Assembly (NCBI GenBank): GCA_015064025.1
Contig: SVSZ01000004.1
Span: forward strand, 1 to 43,903
Direction of reading: 5' to 3'
Length of the DNA: 43,903 nucleotides
Origin: Oscillospiraceae bacterium
GTDB taxonomy: Bacteria > Bacillota > Clostridia > Oscillospirales > CAG-272
Part shown: in pieces, positions 9,359 through 19,024 of the stretch
How the letters are laid out: each line of letters starts with the position of its first letter
Numbering within the stretch: position 1 is the first letter of the stretch
Translations under genes and position numbers: made by a program
Notes under the pieces: model-generated
Told to the model about the DNA's origin: nothing
What the model saw: only the letters and a program-made list of their open reading frames with translations
The model's database searches: none

Positions 9359-10084
9359 TCAGTGTCTTGTTTCATCCTCAAAGCATTCGCAAAAGCGACC
9401 TGCGAAGGAAGGCTCCTCGTCGGCAACGGTGAGATGCGAAACGTCTCCCATTCCCAAGCAACGGAAGGCGGCAACTCCCCTCTCTCGCTCCTCGGTGCAA
9501 AGCGTTGTGACCGAGGTGGGAAGCAGGACGGTATTCTGCCAGAGCGAATAGGGTGAGCAGTTCATCAAATGTGAAAGGAGCACCGCCCCCAGCCCAAAGT
9601 GACAAACAAGGATCAGCGTGTCATGATTTGACTTCTCCACCCGATATGCATTTCCCTCTCGTACGTACCCGTGGCATGCGAGAAGCTTGTCCAACGAATC
9701 CGTCACAACAGCGTATGCGGAGGGAACCTCTGAATCCCGAATCATGGGAGCCTCCTTCCATGCGTCCGGCGAATAAAGCATTGGGGATTTCCGCATCCAA
9801 TCGGGCAGCATATCCCACGCAAGGTGCTCCTCGTTTCCGTCGGGAGAGGTGACGCGCACGTAAGAGAATTCCCGAAGCCAATCACAATACTCTGCTGAAG
9901 CTCCAAGCTTTTCCAGAGTGGGCGCCAGCGTCAGCCGTGCTCTGCCGAGAGTTGAGCAATAAAATTTCGGATCCTTTTCTCTTATCAATCGATGCGCGAG
10001 AAGCTCTGCTTCTCGCTTCCCCTTTTCGGTCAGTCCGTCGATCGCGTAATCAGGATCTCCGTGACGAACGATCATAAGCTTCAT
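9359..10084 (-). CDS. Histidine phosphatase (phosphoglycerate mutase) family protein
   Basis: IVRHGDPDY, LT..G..EA, STLGRA..T, LREF and LVCHFG motifs; start moved to ATG 10084 after AGGAG. Confidence 0.88.
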   Translation of the reverse strand: MKLMIVRHGDPDYAIDGLTEKGKREAELLAHRLIREKDPKFYCSTLGRARLTLAPTLEKLGASAEYCDWLREFSYVRVTSPDGNEEHLAWDMLPDWMRKSPMLYSPDAWKEAPMIRDSEVPSAYAVVTDSLDKLLACHGYVREGNAYRVEKSNHDTLILVCHFGLGAVLLSHLMNCSPYSLWQNTVLLPTSVTTLCTEERERGVAAFRCLGMGDVSHLTVADEEPSFAGRFCECFEDETRH

Positions 10085-10143
10085 AGATTTTCTCCTTTTC
10101 ATACCCATCAAGGGGGCTTCACCGCTTGCCTCTGCCACCGATA

Positions 10144-10575
10144 TCAAATTTTCTTTTTCCGGAACACCACCAGCTTGCTGATGAAATAATTCAGAATCAC
10201 AACAATCACGGCTGCGCAGATCTTCACAACGTATTCGTTAAAGCCAAGCCACGTAAAGAAAATCGCCATCAGAGCCTCCTGCAAAAGGAAGGTCAGAAAA
10301 CGTCCGCCCACAAACGCAGCGATCTCCCCGAGCACAGGGCAAAATCCACATCTTTTGCTCTCAAATACCCAAATACGGTTGGTTACGTACGCAAAGGCGA
10401 CGGCGGCAATCCAAGCGATCGCATCCGCCAGATGGATCATCCAACGCTCCGCCGCGATCACGTCTCCCCAAACGAAATACAAAAGAAAGGAAACACCCCA
10501 GTCCACAACGGTGGTAAGTCCACCAAAGAGAACGTAGAAAATCGCGCTCTTGTATTTATTCAAGAATTCCGTCAT
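10144..10575 (-). CDS. GtrA family membrane protein
   Basis: YVLFGGLTTVV, FAYVTNRIWVFES and LNYFISKLVVF; four TM segments. Confidence 0.9.
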   Translation of the reverse strand: MTEFLNKYKSAIFYVLFGGLTTVVDWGVSFLLYFVWGDVIAAERWMIHLADAIAWIAAVAFAYVTNRIWVFESKRCGFCPVLGEIAAFVGGRFLTFLLQEALMAIFFTWLGFNEYVVKICAAVIVVILNYFISKLVVFRKKKI

Positions 10576-10584
10576 GGTGCTTCC

Positions 10585-12036
10585 TCAACCGATCTGATAG
10601 GTTGTTCCGTCCTTGGTATCAATCAAAGTCACACCCTTGGCGGCAAGTTCATCACGAATGCGATCCGCCTCGACAAAATTTCTGTCCTTCTTCGCAACGC
10701 GTCTTGCCTCAATCTTCTCCAAGATCTCTGCAACGAAGGGATCCTTTGCCGCCTCTGCCGCAAGAGCCTCTGCCTCCGCCGCCTTCTTATCAGCCTCCGC
10801 CTTGAGAAGAGATTCGGCATGCTCGATAAGAGAAAGTGAAAGAACGGTATCAAAATCCTTGATCAGGGCAAGCTTTGTCGCATCGTTGACCTTTGCCTTG
10901 AGCACGTCGTAAAGCGCGGTCACTGCCAAGGAGGTATTCAGATCGTTATCAAGTGCCTTAACAAAGGAAGCGCGCAGAGCATCAAACGCCGCAGTGTCCA
11001 CGTCGCCCTCGCCCTTCAATTGCGCCACGCGCGCGACAAGCTTATTGTAAGCTGTACGGGCGTTGTCCATGTTCTCCCATGAGAACACCAAGGACTTGCG
11101 ATAGTGAGACTGCAAACAGAAGAAGCGGTACATCATGGGATCGTAGCCCTTTTCCTTGAGAAGAGATACGGTCAGAAATTCCCCCTTGGATTTGCTCATC
11201 TTCCCCGAATTGGTGTTCAAGTGAAGCACATGCATCCAGTATTTGCACCATTTGTGACCAAGGTATGCCTCGGATTGTGCGATCTCATTGGTATGGTGCG
11301 GGAAAGCATTGTCGATACCGCCGCAGTGAATATCAAGATACTCACCAAGGTGCTTCATGCTGATACAGGAGCACTCAATATGCCATCCGGGATATCCTAC
11401 ACCCCAAGGGCTTTCCCATTTGAGCTCCTGATCTTCAAACTTGGATTTTGTAAACCAAAGCACAAAGTCTGCCTTGTTTCTCTTATTCCCATCAGCCTCA
11501 ACGCCATCACGTACACCGACAGCAAGATCCTCCTCCTCAAAATTGTGGAAGGCATAGTACTGATCCAGCTTGGAGGTGTCGAAATAAATGTTTCCGCCCG
11601 CCTCATACGCGTACCCCTTTTCAATGAGGGACGCAATGACACGGATAAATTCGTCGACGCATGCGGTAGCGGGCTCTACCACCTCGGGGCGGCGGATATT
11701 GAGCTCCTCGCAATCCTCAAAGAATTTATCGGTGTAAAACTGCGCGATCTCCATCACCGTTTTCTTTTCTCTCTTTGCGCCCTTGAGCATCTTATCCTCA
11801 CCCGTATCGGCATCCGAGGTCAGATGCCCTACGTCTGTGATGTTCATTACGCGCGTGACGTCATAACCGCTGTAACGGAGATAGCGGTCAAGGATGTCCT
11901 CCATAATGTACGTGCGCAGATTTCCGATGTGCGCAAAATGGTAGACCGTAGGTCCGCAGGTGTACATACTGACCTTGCCTTCCAGATGGGGGATAAACTC
12001 CTCTTTTGTTCTGCTGAGTGAATTGTAAAGCTGCAT
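10585..12036 (-). CDS. cysS: Cysteine--tRNA ligase
   Basis: MYTCGPTVY..AHIGN, PGWHIECS, DIHCGG.D..FPHH.NE and KMSKS motifs; C-terminal ADRIRDEL. Confidence 0.97.
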   Translation of the reverse strand: MQLYNSLSRTKEEFIPHLEGKVSMYTCGPTVYHFAHIGNLRTYIMEDILDRYLRYSGYDVTRVMNITDVGHLTSDADTGEDKMLKGAKREKKTVMEIAQFYTDKFFEDCEELNIRRPEVVEPATACVDEFIRVIASLIEKGYAYEAGGNIYFDTSKLDQYYAFHNFEEEDLAVGVRDGVEADGNKRNKADFVLWFTKSKFEDQELKWESPWGVGYPGWHIECSCISMKHLGEYLDIHCGGIDNAFPHHTNEIAQSEAYLGHKWCKYWMHVLHLNTNSGKMSKSKGEFLTVSLLKEKGYDPMMYRFFCLQSHYRKSLVFSWENMDNARTAYNKLVARVAQLKGEGDVDTAAFDALRASFVKALDNDLNTSLAVTALYDVLKAKVNDATKLALIKDFDTVLSLSLIEHAESLLKAEADKKAAEAEALAAEAAKDPFVAEILEKIEARRVAKKDRNFVEADRIRDELAAKGVTLIDTKDGTTYQIG

Positions 12037-12090
12037 ATATAACCTCCCGAGCGACGTGCGCCCTCTTATTGTAGACTGTAAAACGGTGTT

Positions 12091-12672
12091 TTATTTCTTT
12101 TTTCCCGACTTCTTCTTTTTCGCAACCGAGTAGCCGAAGGTGCCGATGCGACGTCCAAGCTCAAAATAATCTCCGTGCGCGTACGCAACAAGCCCCGCAC
12201 GCTCCAGATGAAGCTTTCCCGCGGCATCCACAAGCGACTCATCCACGTCGATCGCAACAATGTCGGCAAGGAACATATCGTGAGAACCGAGAGAGATCAT
12301 GTCCGTCACTCTGCATTCAAGCACCAAAGGACTTGCCGCAAGGATCGGGCAGGAGAGCTCACTTGCCGCTTCCTTCTCCAGGTGACATCGCTCGAATTTG
12401 TCGATTTTCGCACCCGTGTGCACACCGCAAAAATCAGCGGCTCTGACAAGCTCCGCGGTCGTGAGATGGATGGCAAACTCGCCGCTTTCCCGAATCATTC
12501 CGTGCGAATGACGTGAGGGGCGAACGGAGATATAGGTCTTTGGCGGGATCGTATTGGTGATTCCCGTCCATGCGACCGTAAAGACGTTGTCCTTCCCTCC
12601 GCACGAGCAAGTCACCATGGTAGGGGGAACAGGCGAAAGCATCGCGCCGCCGCGCCATTTTATCTTTGCCAT
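12091..12672 (-). CDS. Flavin reductase-like (flavoredoxin) FMN-binding protein
   Basis: P.PP.MVTC, N..TVAW.G, ISVRPSRHSH..I...GEF, LECRV and LGSHDMF.A motifs. Confidence 0.88.
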   Translation of the reverse strand: MAKIKWRGGAMLSPVPPTMVTCSCGGKDNVFTVAWTGITNTIPPKTYISVRPSRHSHGMIRESGEFAIHLTTAELVRAADFCGVHTGAKIDKFERCHLEKEAASELSCPILAASPLVLECRVTDMISLGSHDMFLADIVAIDVDESLVDAAGKLHLERAGLVAYAHGDYFELGRRIGTFGYSVAKKKKSGKKK

Positions 12673-12705
12673 TTCATCTCCTCCTTCCCGTCATTTCATT
12701 CTTTA

Positions 12706-12734
12706 ATTATAACATACTATCCCTTGCTTGTCAA
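12706..12734 (-). promoter_or_regulatory. Sigma-A promoter of the flavin reductase-cysS operon
   Basis: TTGACA - 17 bp - TATAAT with extended TG. Confidence 0.8.
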
Positions 12735-12803
12735 GATTTCCATTCAAGTTTTAGAAAGTGCCAGAGCACCTCGGAAGGCACACGTTAAATAAGAGAGGCG
12801 CGC

Positions 12804-12832
12804 TTGACACACGTTATTTTTTGTGCTATGAT
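12804..12832 (+). promoter_or_regulatory. Sigma-A promoter of the GH95 gene
   Basis: TTGACA - 17 bp - TATGAT with extended TG. Confidence 0.7.
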
Positions 12833-12918
12833 AATGTTGCGCTTCCCCATCAAAAGCCAAAGCTCGTTTGACTCCTGCATGGGGAGCATCACAAAAGAAG
12901 CATGCGAGGTGATTACCC

Positions 12919-15225
12919 ATGAAAAATTATGAGCTTTGGTATACAAGCGAAGCCCCCTTCGGCCTTGAAAACAGAGCACTCTATATTTGCGGCGACGACG
13001 TCCCCGACGACGGCTGGGAAAAATGGTCGTTGCCTCTCGGAAACGGCTACATGGGGATCAACGTCTTTGGAAGAACGCACACGGAGCGTTTGCAGATCAC
13101 CGAAAACAGCCTTTCCAATCCCGCCGTTTGGGACTTTGCCGACCGCTGTAACGCAGGATTGAACAACTTTTGCGAGCTATACCTTGATTTCGGGCATGAT
13201 TTTTCCCACGTAACGGATTACAGGCGCAGTCTTTCCCTCAACACGGCAATTGCAAGAACAGAATACACCCTCGACGGTATCAGATACAAAAGAGAGCATT
13301 TTGCGTCCTATCCGGATCGCGTATTCGTAACAAGCATCACTGCGGACAGAGCGGGAGCACTGAGCTTCACCGTGCGCCCCGAGATTCCCTTCCTTGGTGA
13401 CTTTCTTCTCAGAGAAGGAGACGGAATGGGAAAGAGCGGAGAGGTCCACGCAAAGGGAAACCGCATCACCCTCACGGGCAGGATGCACTATTATAACATT
13501 CTCTTTGAAGGGCAGGTCACCGTGCTCCCAAAGGGAGGAAGACTGATCACCAATGCTACAACGATCAGCGTCGAAAATGCGGATGAAGTAATGATCCTCG
13601 TTGCTGTCGGCACAAATTATCGGCTTGAAAGCCGCGTATTCCTTGAGAAGGATCCCAAAAAGAAGCTCTCCCCCTACCCTCATCCGCACGATAAGGTCAG
13701 TGCGATCAGCGACAGCGCATTGCGCTCCTCATACGGGGAGTTGAAAGTGCGTCATATAAAGGACTATGCCGCACTCTTTGAAAGAACGCACGTGGATCTG
13801 GGCGCCGCTCCCGCCGTCCAACCCACCGACCGTTTGCTGGAGAAGTACAAGGCAGGCAAGCGCGACCCTTATCTTGAGGAGCTGTATTTTTCCTACGGCA
13901 GATATCTTCTCATTGCCTCTTCGCGAAAGGGCTCATATCCCGCAAATCTTCAAGGCACGTGGAATCAATATGCAAGCTCTCCGTGGACTGCGGGCTACTG
14001 GCACAACATCAACGTGCAGATGAATTATTGGCCTGCCTTCAACACAAATCTTACGGAGCTTTTTATTCCATACATCGATTATTTCAACGCATACAGACCG
14101 CTTGCCGAGGAGCTTGCGAACGAATACGTCAAGGAGTATATTCCCGAAAAGTATTCCCCTCTCACGGGTGAGAACGGCATGACCGTGGGAACCGGCGCGT
14201 GGCTTTACAAGATCGACGGCATTCCCGCCCCCGGCGAGGGACACTCCGGTCCCGGAACGGGCGCATTTACAGCCAAGCTCTTCACCGACTATTGCGCGTT
14301 TTCCATGGATCGGGAGTGCCTTGAGAGCGTGGCATATATCGCCAATCTCCGCATGGCAAAATTTCTTTCAAAAACACTCGAAGCGCAGAAGGACGGTACG
14401 CTGCTTGTCAAACACTCCGCTTCTCCCGAGCAAAAACACCGAGGCAAGTATTATCACACCTCGGGCTGCGCCTTTGATCAGCAAATGGTATACGAATGCT
14501 ACCGCGACACCGTGGCGATCGCGGATGAGCTTGGAATAATGGACGATTTCATCGAACAGATCCGAGAGGAGCTTCCCCGCCTTGACCCCGTTTCGGTCGG
14601 TGCCTCAGGACAGGTGAAGGAATACCGCGAGGAGGTCTGTTACGGAGATATCGGAGAACACCATCACCGTCACATCTCCCATCTCGTAGGTCTTTATCCC
14701 GGAACACTGATCAACCAAACCACCCCCGAGTGGCTCGAGGCAGCAAAGGTCTCCTTGAACCTGCGCGGCGACCGCTCGACAGGCTGGTCCACTGCTCACA
14801 AGATCAATGCGTGGGCACGGGCAAAGGACGGGAACCGCGCCTATGATCTTGTCAGAATGATCCTTTGTGAATGTACGCTTCCGAATCTTTGGGACTCTCA
14901 TCCTCCCTTCCAGATCGACGGCAATCTGGGTGCTGCGGCGGGAATCGCAGAAATGCTTTTGCAAAGTCACGAGGGGTTCGTACACCTGCTCCCCGCCCTT
15001 CCCGACGAGTGGAAGAATGGCGCCTTTGAGGGCCTTACCGCACGCGGCGGCTTTGTCGTTGGGGCAGAATGGAGTGACGGAACATTGACGCGTCTCTCCG
15101 TCACCTCGCGCGTCGGTGGAACGTTGAAGCTGTTTTTGGGGACAAAATACGCCTCCGAGGAATCCCCCGACGGCTTTCTCCAACGCAAAATGCTCCCGGG
15201 GGAAACATTTCGGCTTACGTTTTAA
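12919..15225 (+). CDS. Glycoside hydrolase family 95 (alpha-L-fucosidase/L-galactosidase-like)
   Basis: LPLGNG..G, YGRYLLIASSR, PANLQG.W, NINVQMNYW, SPE, HRHISHL.GLYPG, TGWS and HPPFQIDGN.G..AGIAEMLLQSH; no signal peptide. Confidence 0.92.
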   Translation: MKNYELWYTSEAPFGLENRALYICGDDVPDDGWEKWSLPLGNGYMGINVFGRTHTERLQITENSLSNPAVWDFADRCNAGLNNFCELYLDFGHDFSHVTDYRRSLSLNTAIARTEYTLDGIRYKREHFASYPDRVFVTSITADRAGALSFTVRPEIPFLGDFLLREGDGMGKSGEVHAKGNRITLTGRMHYYNILFEGQVTVLPKGGRLITNATTISVENADEVMILVAVGTNYRLESRVFLEKDPKKKLSPYPHPHDKVSAISDSALRSSYGELKVRHIKDYAALFERTHVDLGAAPAVQPTDRLLEKYKAGKRDPYLEELYFSYGRYLLIASSRKGSYPANLQGTWNQYASSPWTAGYWHNINVQMNYWPAFNTNLTELFIPYIDYFNAYRPLAEELANEYVKEYIPEKYSPLTGENGMTVGTGAWLYKIDGIPAPGEGHSGPGTGAFTAKLFTDYCAFSMDRECLESVAYIANLRMAKFLSKTLEAQKDGTLLVKHSASPEQKHRGKYYHTSGCAFDQQMVYECYRDTVAIADELGIMDDFIEQIREELPRLDPVSVGASGQVKEYREEVCYGDIGEHHHRHISHLVGLYPGTLINQTTPEWLEAAKVSLNLRGDRSTGWSTAHKINAWARAKDGNRAYDLVRMILCECTLPNLWDSHPPFQIDGNLGAAAGIAEMLLQSHEGFVHLLPALPDEWKNGAFEGLTARGGFVVGAEWSDGTLTRLSVTSRVGGTLKLFLGTKYASEESPDGFLQRKMLPGETFRLTF

Positions 15226-15231
15226 TTCAGC

Positions 15232-15285
15232 AAAATACAGCGCCACATCCAAAGCTCAATCTTTGAATGGGGCGCTGTATTTTTT
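15232..15285. terminator. Bidirectional intrinsic terminator
   Basis: AAAATACAGCGCC / GGCGCTGTATTTT between convergent genes. Confidence 0.75.
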
Positions 15286-15292
15286 ATTTAAC

Positions 15293-16726
15293 TCATACCT
15301 CACGCCTCACAAACGCATCGTGCGCTACAAGGAGGAATACGAGCATATGCAAAGCGATGACAGTGATCGCTTCAAGGAGTGACTGGTGCGGGTACAACGC
15401 GGTTTCGTTGACGATCGCCCCAAGATCGAGGTTTGAAAAGAGAAGATATCTTCCCGCATCGATCCCGAACATCTGAAGGAAGCCCGACAGCGCACTTCCC
15501 ATAAAGCTTGCAAACACAGTCACACCGATCGCCATGGCAGATTTGCGTGTCAGCGTAGAAATGGCAAACGCCATGGTAAGCATGACCGTGATCTCGACCA
15601 TCTCGAAGCCGTAATCACGCAAAAGAAGCAGATAGGGGGATAGCGTATATACCTCGCCGCCGCTTGCATACACAGCCGGCAAAAATGCCTCCCCGAAGCC
15701 AAAGAAAAGTGCGACCGACAAAGAAACAGTTCCCACAAGCGCTGCCATCCCAAGAGAAATGAAGATCACCGTCGCATATTTGGCAAAAAGGATCTTCCAA
15801 CGCTTGACGGGAGACATCAGAAGAAACTTGACCGTTCCCGAGGAAAACTCGGAGGAAACGGTGGTTCCCGCCAAAACGATCGCAAATACGCCGACAAGCG
15901 CAAGAAGCGAGACTGATCCGACAGCCGCATTCCAGAAGCTGCTTTTGGCGGAGGTATAGACCGAGACGTCCGAAAAGTACATTTCATACTCATTCTGCTC
16001 AAAGCTATCTGCGGGATTGAGAGAAATATCATGCTCAAGACGGTAGCTTGCTACCGCGGCGGCATTTTGGGCAGCCTCAAGAGTTTTTTCACTCCAGGCA
16101 CCGCCCGCATCACGCAAGCGCTCCTGCGCGAGCACCGTTTCGCGGTTTTGGATCAGAATTTCCACCTGCGCATAGCGCCAATCCTCACTGTCACTCGGAA
16201 TCACGCCTTGCGCAATGCAGTATTCCATCGTCTCGGTATAGATCGCTCGGCGTTCGGGATCGTCGGCATATCGCGCCTCGTAATTCCCCTTCAGCATGGA
16301 AAAATACTTTCCTGCGTCATGAGATTCGATGACGTCCATCAGCACTGCATAGCTCTCCGTATCTCCTGCCAGCTTTGCCTCCGCCGCATCGTACGCAAGA
16401 TTCAGAGTATACCGCCAATCCTCCCAATCCATGCCCGCATCCAGCATGATACGGTTTGCCTCAAGCTCCATGCGGTAGTAGTGAAGGGACTCCTCGTCAT
16501 CCTTCGCCCCCGTCGCCGTCAGCATTTCCTCGCTCCAAGCGATCGCCTCGCGACACGATTCCTCGAAGGAAAGGTCATAAACGAAGAAGGAAGAACCAAG
16601 GTCTATCCCGGAAAGTACGCTCCAAAATGCGGTAATTATCAAAAGGAGGATCAGCATTGCCCACATTGCACGCTTGGAAAACTCCTTTTTCCATTCGTTT
16701 CCGATCAAGCGAAAAAATTTAGTCAT
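15293..16726 (-). CDS. ABC-2 type exporter permease with large extracytoplasmic domain
   Basis: LI.NEWKK N-terminus, TM1, long soluble loop, then VSSEFSSGTVKFLL.SPVKRWKIL.AK and C-terminal F.RREV. Confidence 0.85.
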   Translation of the reverse strand: MTKFFRLIGNEWKKEFSKRAMWAMLILLLIITAFWSVLSGIDLGSSFFVYDLSFEESCREAIAWSEEMLTATGAKDDEESLHYYRMELEANRIMLDAGMDWEDWRYTLNLAYDAAEAKLAGDTESYAVLMDVIESHDAGKYFSMLKGNYEARYADDPERRAIYTETMEYCIAQGVIPSDSEDWRYAQVEILIQNRETVLAQERLRDAGGAWSEKTLEAAQNAAAVASYRLEHDISLNPADSFEQNEYEMYFSDVSVYTSAKSSFWNAAVGSVSLLALVGVFAIVLAGTTVSSEFSSGTVKFLLMSPVKRWKILFAKYATVIFISLGMAALVGTVSLSVALFFGFGEAFLPAVYASGGEVYTLSPYLLLLRDYGFEMVEITVMLTMAFAISTLTRKSAMAIGVTVFASFMGSALSGFLQMFGIDAGRYLLFSNLDLGAIVNETALYPHQSLLEAITVIALHMLVFLLVAHDAFVRREV

Positions 16727-17678
16727 GTATCTCACCTCCCTCGCCCGTCATTTCAATGTATACGTCCTCAAGTCTGCGGTTTTCCTGTCGGGTTACGGTG
16801 AAGACGTTCACACCGCCAAGGATCAAGGTGCGATTAACGGCAGCAAGCTGCACATCCGTCTCCTCTGCAGAAAGTGCGACTTGGATCTTACCATTCTCCT
16901 CGCACACCTTGCACACGACATTTTCCGTTCCTCTCAAAAGCTCCTCCGCACGCACAGCATCGTCCACGCAAAGGACGTACTGCACCGTATCGGCAGCGGT
17001 GACGGAGACAAGTGTCTCGATCTTTTGTACGCTTTGCAAGCGACCGTTCACGATCACGCCGATGCGGTCGCACATCAGCTCCATCTCACCCATCAAATGG
17101 CTGGAGACGAAGACCGCCACGCCCTCCTCATGCGCCAGATACCGAAGGATCTCCCGTAAGGACTTAATTCCCGAGGGATCAAGACCGTTGGTTGGCTCGT
17201 CGAGAACAAGCAACCTCGGGCGGTGAAGCAGCGCCTGCGCGATTCCGAGGCGCTGACGCATTCCGAGGGAATATTTTCCCACCTTATCGCGAATACGTCC
17301 CTCCATTCCCACAAGGCGGACAAGCTCCCAGATACGTGCTTCGCTCACACCGCCGTGCATCGAGGCATACAAGCGCAAATTTGCAAGCCCCGACATGTAA
17401 TTGTAAAACTCGGGATTTTCAACGATCCCGCCGATCAAAGCCATCGAGCCTTCAAAGTCACGGCGCATATCGTGCCCTGCGACCGTCACCTCACCCTCAT
17501 CGAGCGTCAAAAGACCCGTGAGAAGCTTGATCGTCGTTGTTTTTCCCGCGCCGTTGGGCCCCACAAATCCAAACACCTCGCCTGCATACGTTTCGAAGGA
17601 AATATCATGCAAAATCTCTCTGTGCCCAAGCTTTTTGCTCAGATGAGAAATTTTCAAAGCCACATCTCTTTCACTCAT
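16719..17678 (-). CDS. ABC transporter ATP-binding protein (BcrA-like)
   Basis: [29 protein letters not shown] and VSSH motifs. Confidence 0.93.
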   Translation of the reverse strand: MSERDVALKISHLSKKLGHREILHDISFETYAGEVFGFVGPNGAGKTTTIKLLTGLLTLDEGEVTVAGHDMRRDFEGSMALIGGIVENPEFYNYMSGLANLRLYASMHGGVSEARIWELVRLVGMEGRIRDKVGKYSLGMRQRLGIAQALLHRPRLLVLDEPTNGLDPSGIKSLREILRYLAHEEGVAVFVSSHLMGEMELMCDRIGVIVNGRLQSVQKIETLVSVTAADTVQYVLCVDDAVRAEELLRGTENVVCKVCEENGKIQVALSAEETDVQLAAVNRTLILGGVNVFTVTRQENRRLEDVYIEMTGEGGEIHD

Positions 17679-18346
17679 TTCTCACCTCCCGTCGGCTGCA
17701 CCGACTCGGTCTTTCCGTACAAATTGAGATATACCGACATACCGCACACACGCCACTCTCCGTTTACGCGGTGCATTTCAACGTCCGCATATCCGCGGTA
17801 GTTGCCTCTCCAGACGCCGGCGTCATAGCTTCCCCAATCGGTGTCCTCGTAATACGGTCCGCAAAACAGTGCGTCTCCCGCTCCCGAAAAGACCGCAGAA
17901 ACGCGGGAAAGCTCAAAGGAAACCATCGCATAATCCGTCCCGTTTCCTCTGACGGCGATCGCACTGTCGGGCACCTCAACGTCGACATCGTAGAAAATGA
18001 CCTTGACATCCTCCTCAAGAAACGTTTCATAGTAGCCCCGTACGTCACCGGCACCAAGATAATAATCAGAGCTTGCATCGGGCGTCCAGTATTCAAGCAG
18101 CAAGCTCTCCAGCTCCTCCCGCTTCTTTCGCGCATCATCCTTGGAAAGAGCTTCATCAAGGACAGCCCCTTCGGGAGAGAGATTGAGCTCGATCAAGGAA
18201 ATGACCGCCTCCCGCGCCCTTGCACCGATCTCGGGTGCTTCCTTGGCAAACTGTACCTCCTTGACCACAACAAACACGATCAGCAAAAGCAGCAAGATTC
18301 CACCAAGCCAAAGCCCACGGTTCGTTTTCTTCCAAAATCGCTTCAT
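17675..18346 (-). CDS. Hypothetical N-terminally anchored extracytoplasmic protein
   Basis: Basic N-terminus plus hydrophobic helix, acidic soluble domain, GGAGG RBS and ATGA overlap with the ATPase gene. Confidence 0.8.
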   Translation of the reverse strand: MKRFWKKTNRGLWLGGILLLLLIVFVVVKEVQFAKEAPEIGARAREAVISLIELNLSPEGAVLDEALSKDDARKKREELESLLLEYWTPDASSDYYLGAGDVRGYYETFLEEDVKVIFYDVDVEVPDSAIAVRGNGTDYAMVSFELSRVSAVFSGAGDALFCGPYYEDTDWGSYDAGVWRGNYRGYADVEMHRVNGEWRVCGMSVYLNLYGKTESVQPTGGEK

Positions 18347-18376
18347 GCACTATCCTCCGTTCGTTTTCTTGCTTTC

Positions 18377-18405
18377 ATTCTAACACATACGCTGTCCTTT
18401 GTCAA
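18377..18405 (-). promoter_or_regulatory. Sigma-A promoter of the ABC-2 operon
   Basis: TTGACA - 17 bp - TAGAAT. Confidence 0.7.
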
Positions 18406-18428
18406 TAAAAAACTTCTCCTGAAAAATG

Positions 18429-18457
18429 TTGCAAAAAGCGCCTCGGTGTTGTATAAT
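18429..18457 (+). promoter_or_regulatory. Sigma-A promoter of rnhA
   Basis: TTGCAA - 17 bp - TATAAT. Confidence 0.7.
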
Positions 18458-18484
18458 AAGAGCAGTAAAGCACGGAGGATGCAT

Positions 18485-18931
18485 ATGAAGCACGTTGATA
18501 TTTATACGGACGGTGCCTGCCGCGGGAATCCCGGGCGCGGCGGTTGGGGTGCCATCCTTGTTTTCGGAACAAAAGAAAAGGAGCTCAGCGGAGGCGAGGA
18601 GCTGACAACAAACAACCGCATGGAGCTTTTCGGAGCCATTCGGGCATTGAAGGCTTTAAAGGAGCCCTGCGAGGTAACTCTGACCTCTGACTCGAAATAT
18701 TTGGTCGATGCCATTGAAAAAGGATGGGCGCACTCCTGGCGTGCGAACGGTTGGAGAAAAAGCGATCGCTCACCTGCCCTCAATTCCGATCTTTGGGAGC
18801 AACTCCTCACGCTTCTGGAAATACACAAGGTCACCTTCGTATGGGTGCGCGGACATCACGGACATCCGTACAACGAACGCTGTGACAAGCTTGCAACCGA
18901 CTTTGCAGACAGCTTTTTGAAAAATAGCTGA
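18485..18931 (+). CDS. rnhA: Ribonuclease HI
   Basis: [33 protein letters not shown] and [16 protein letters not shown]; true start after GGAGG, not at 17537. Confidence 0.96.
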   Translation: MKHVDIYTDGACRGNPGRGGWGAILVFGTKEKELSGGEELTTNNRMELFGAIRALKALKEPCEVTLTSDSKYLVDAIEKGWAHSWRANGWRKSDRSPALNSDLWEQLLTLLEIHKVTFVWVRGHHGHPYNERCDKLATDFADSFLKNS

Positions 18932-18960
18932 ATACAAAGGTGCAATCAACATGATCTGTC

Positions 18961-18989
18961 TTGACAAAACAAAGAACGACATATATAAT
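18961..18989 (+). promoter_or_regulatory. Sigma-A promoter
   Basis: TTGACA - 17 bp - TATAAT, perfect consensus. Confidence 0.8.
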
Positions 18990-19024
18990 TAAGTCACATT
19001 ATTAAAAACCAAGGAGGAATCATC

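Noticed and set aside
10720-10830. Ala/Glu/Lys low-complexity stretch in CysS (also the SepF and DUF1836 tails)
   Set aside because: Ordinary helical linkers or charged tails, not DNA repeat elements.
12037-12090. T-box leader for cysS
   Set aside because: The gap is only 54 bp with no T-box motif; cysS appears co-transcribed with the flavin reductase gene.
17537-18484. Apparent 316-aa N-terminal extension of RNase HI (ORF 17537..18931)
   Set aside because: It overlaps real minus-strand genes antisense, and a promoter and GGAGG RBS sit directly before ATG 18485. Not a fusion.
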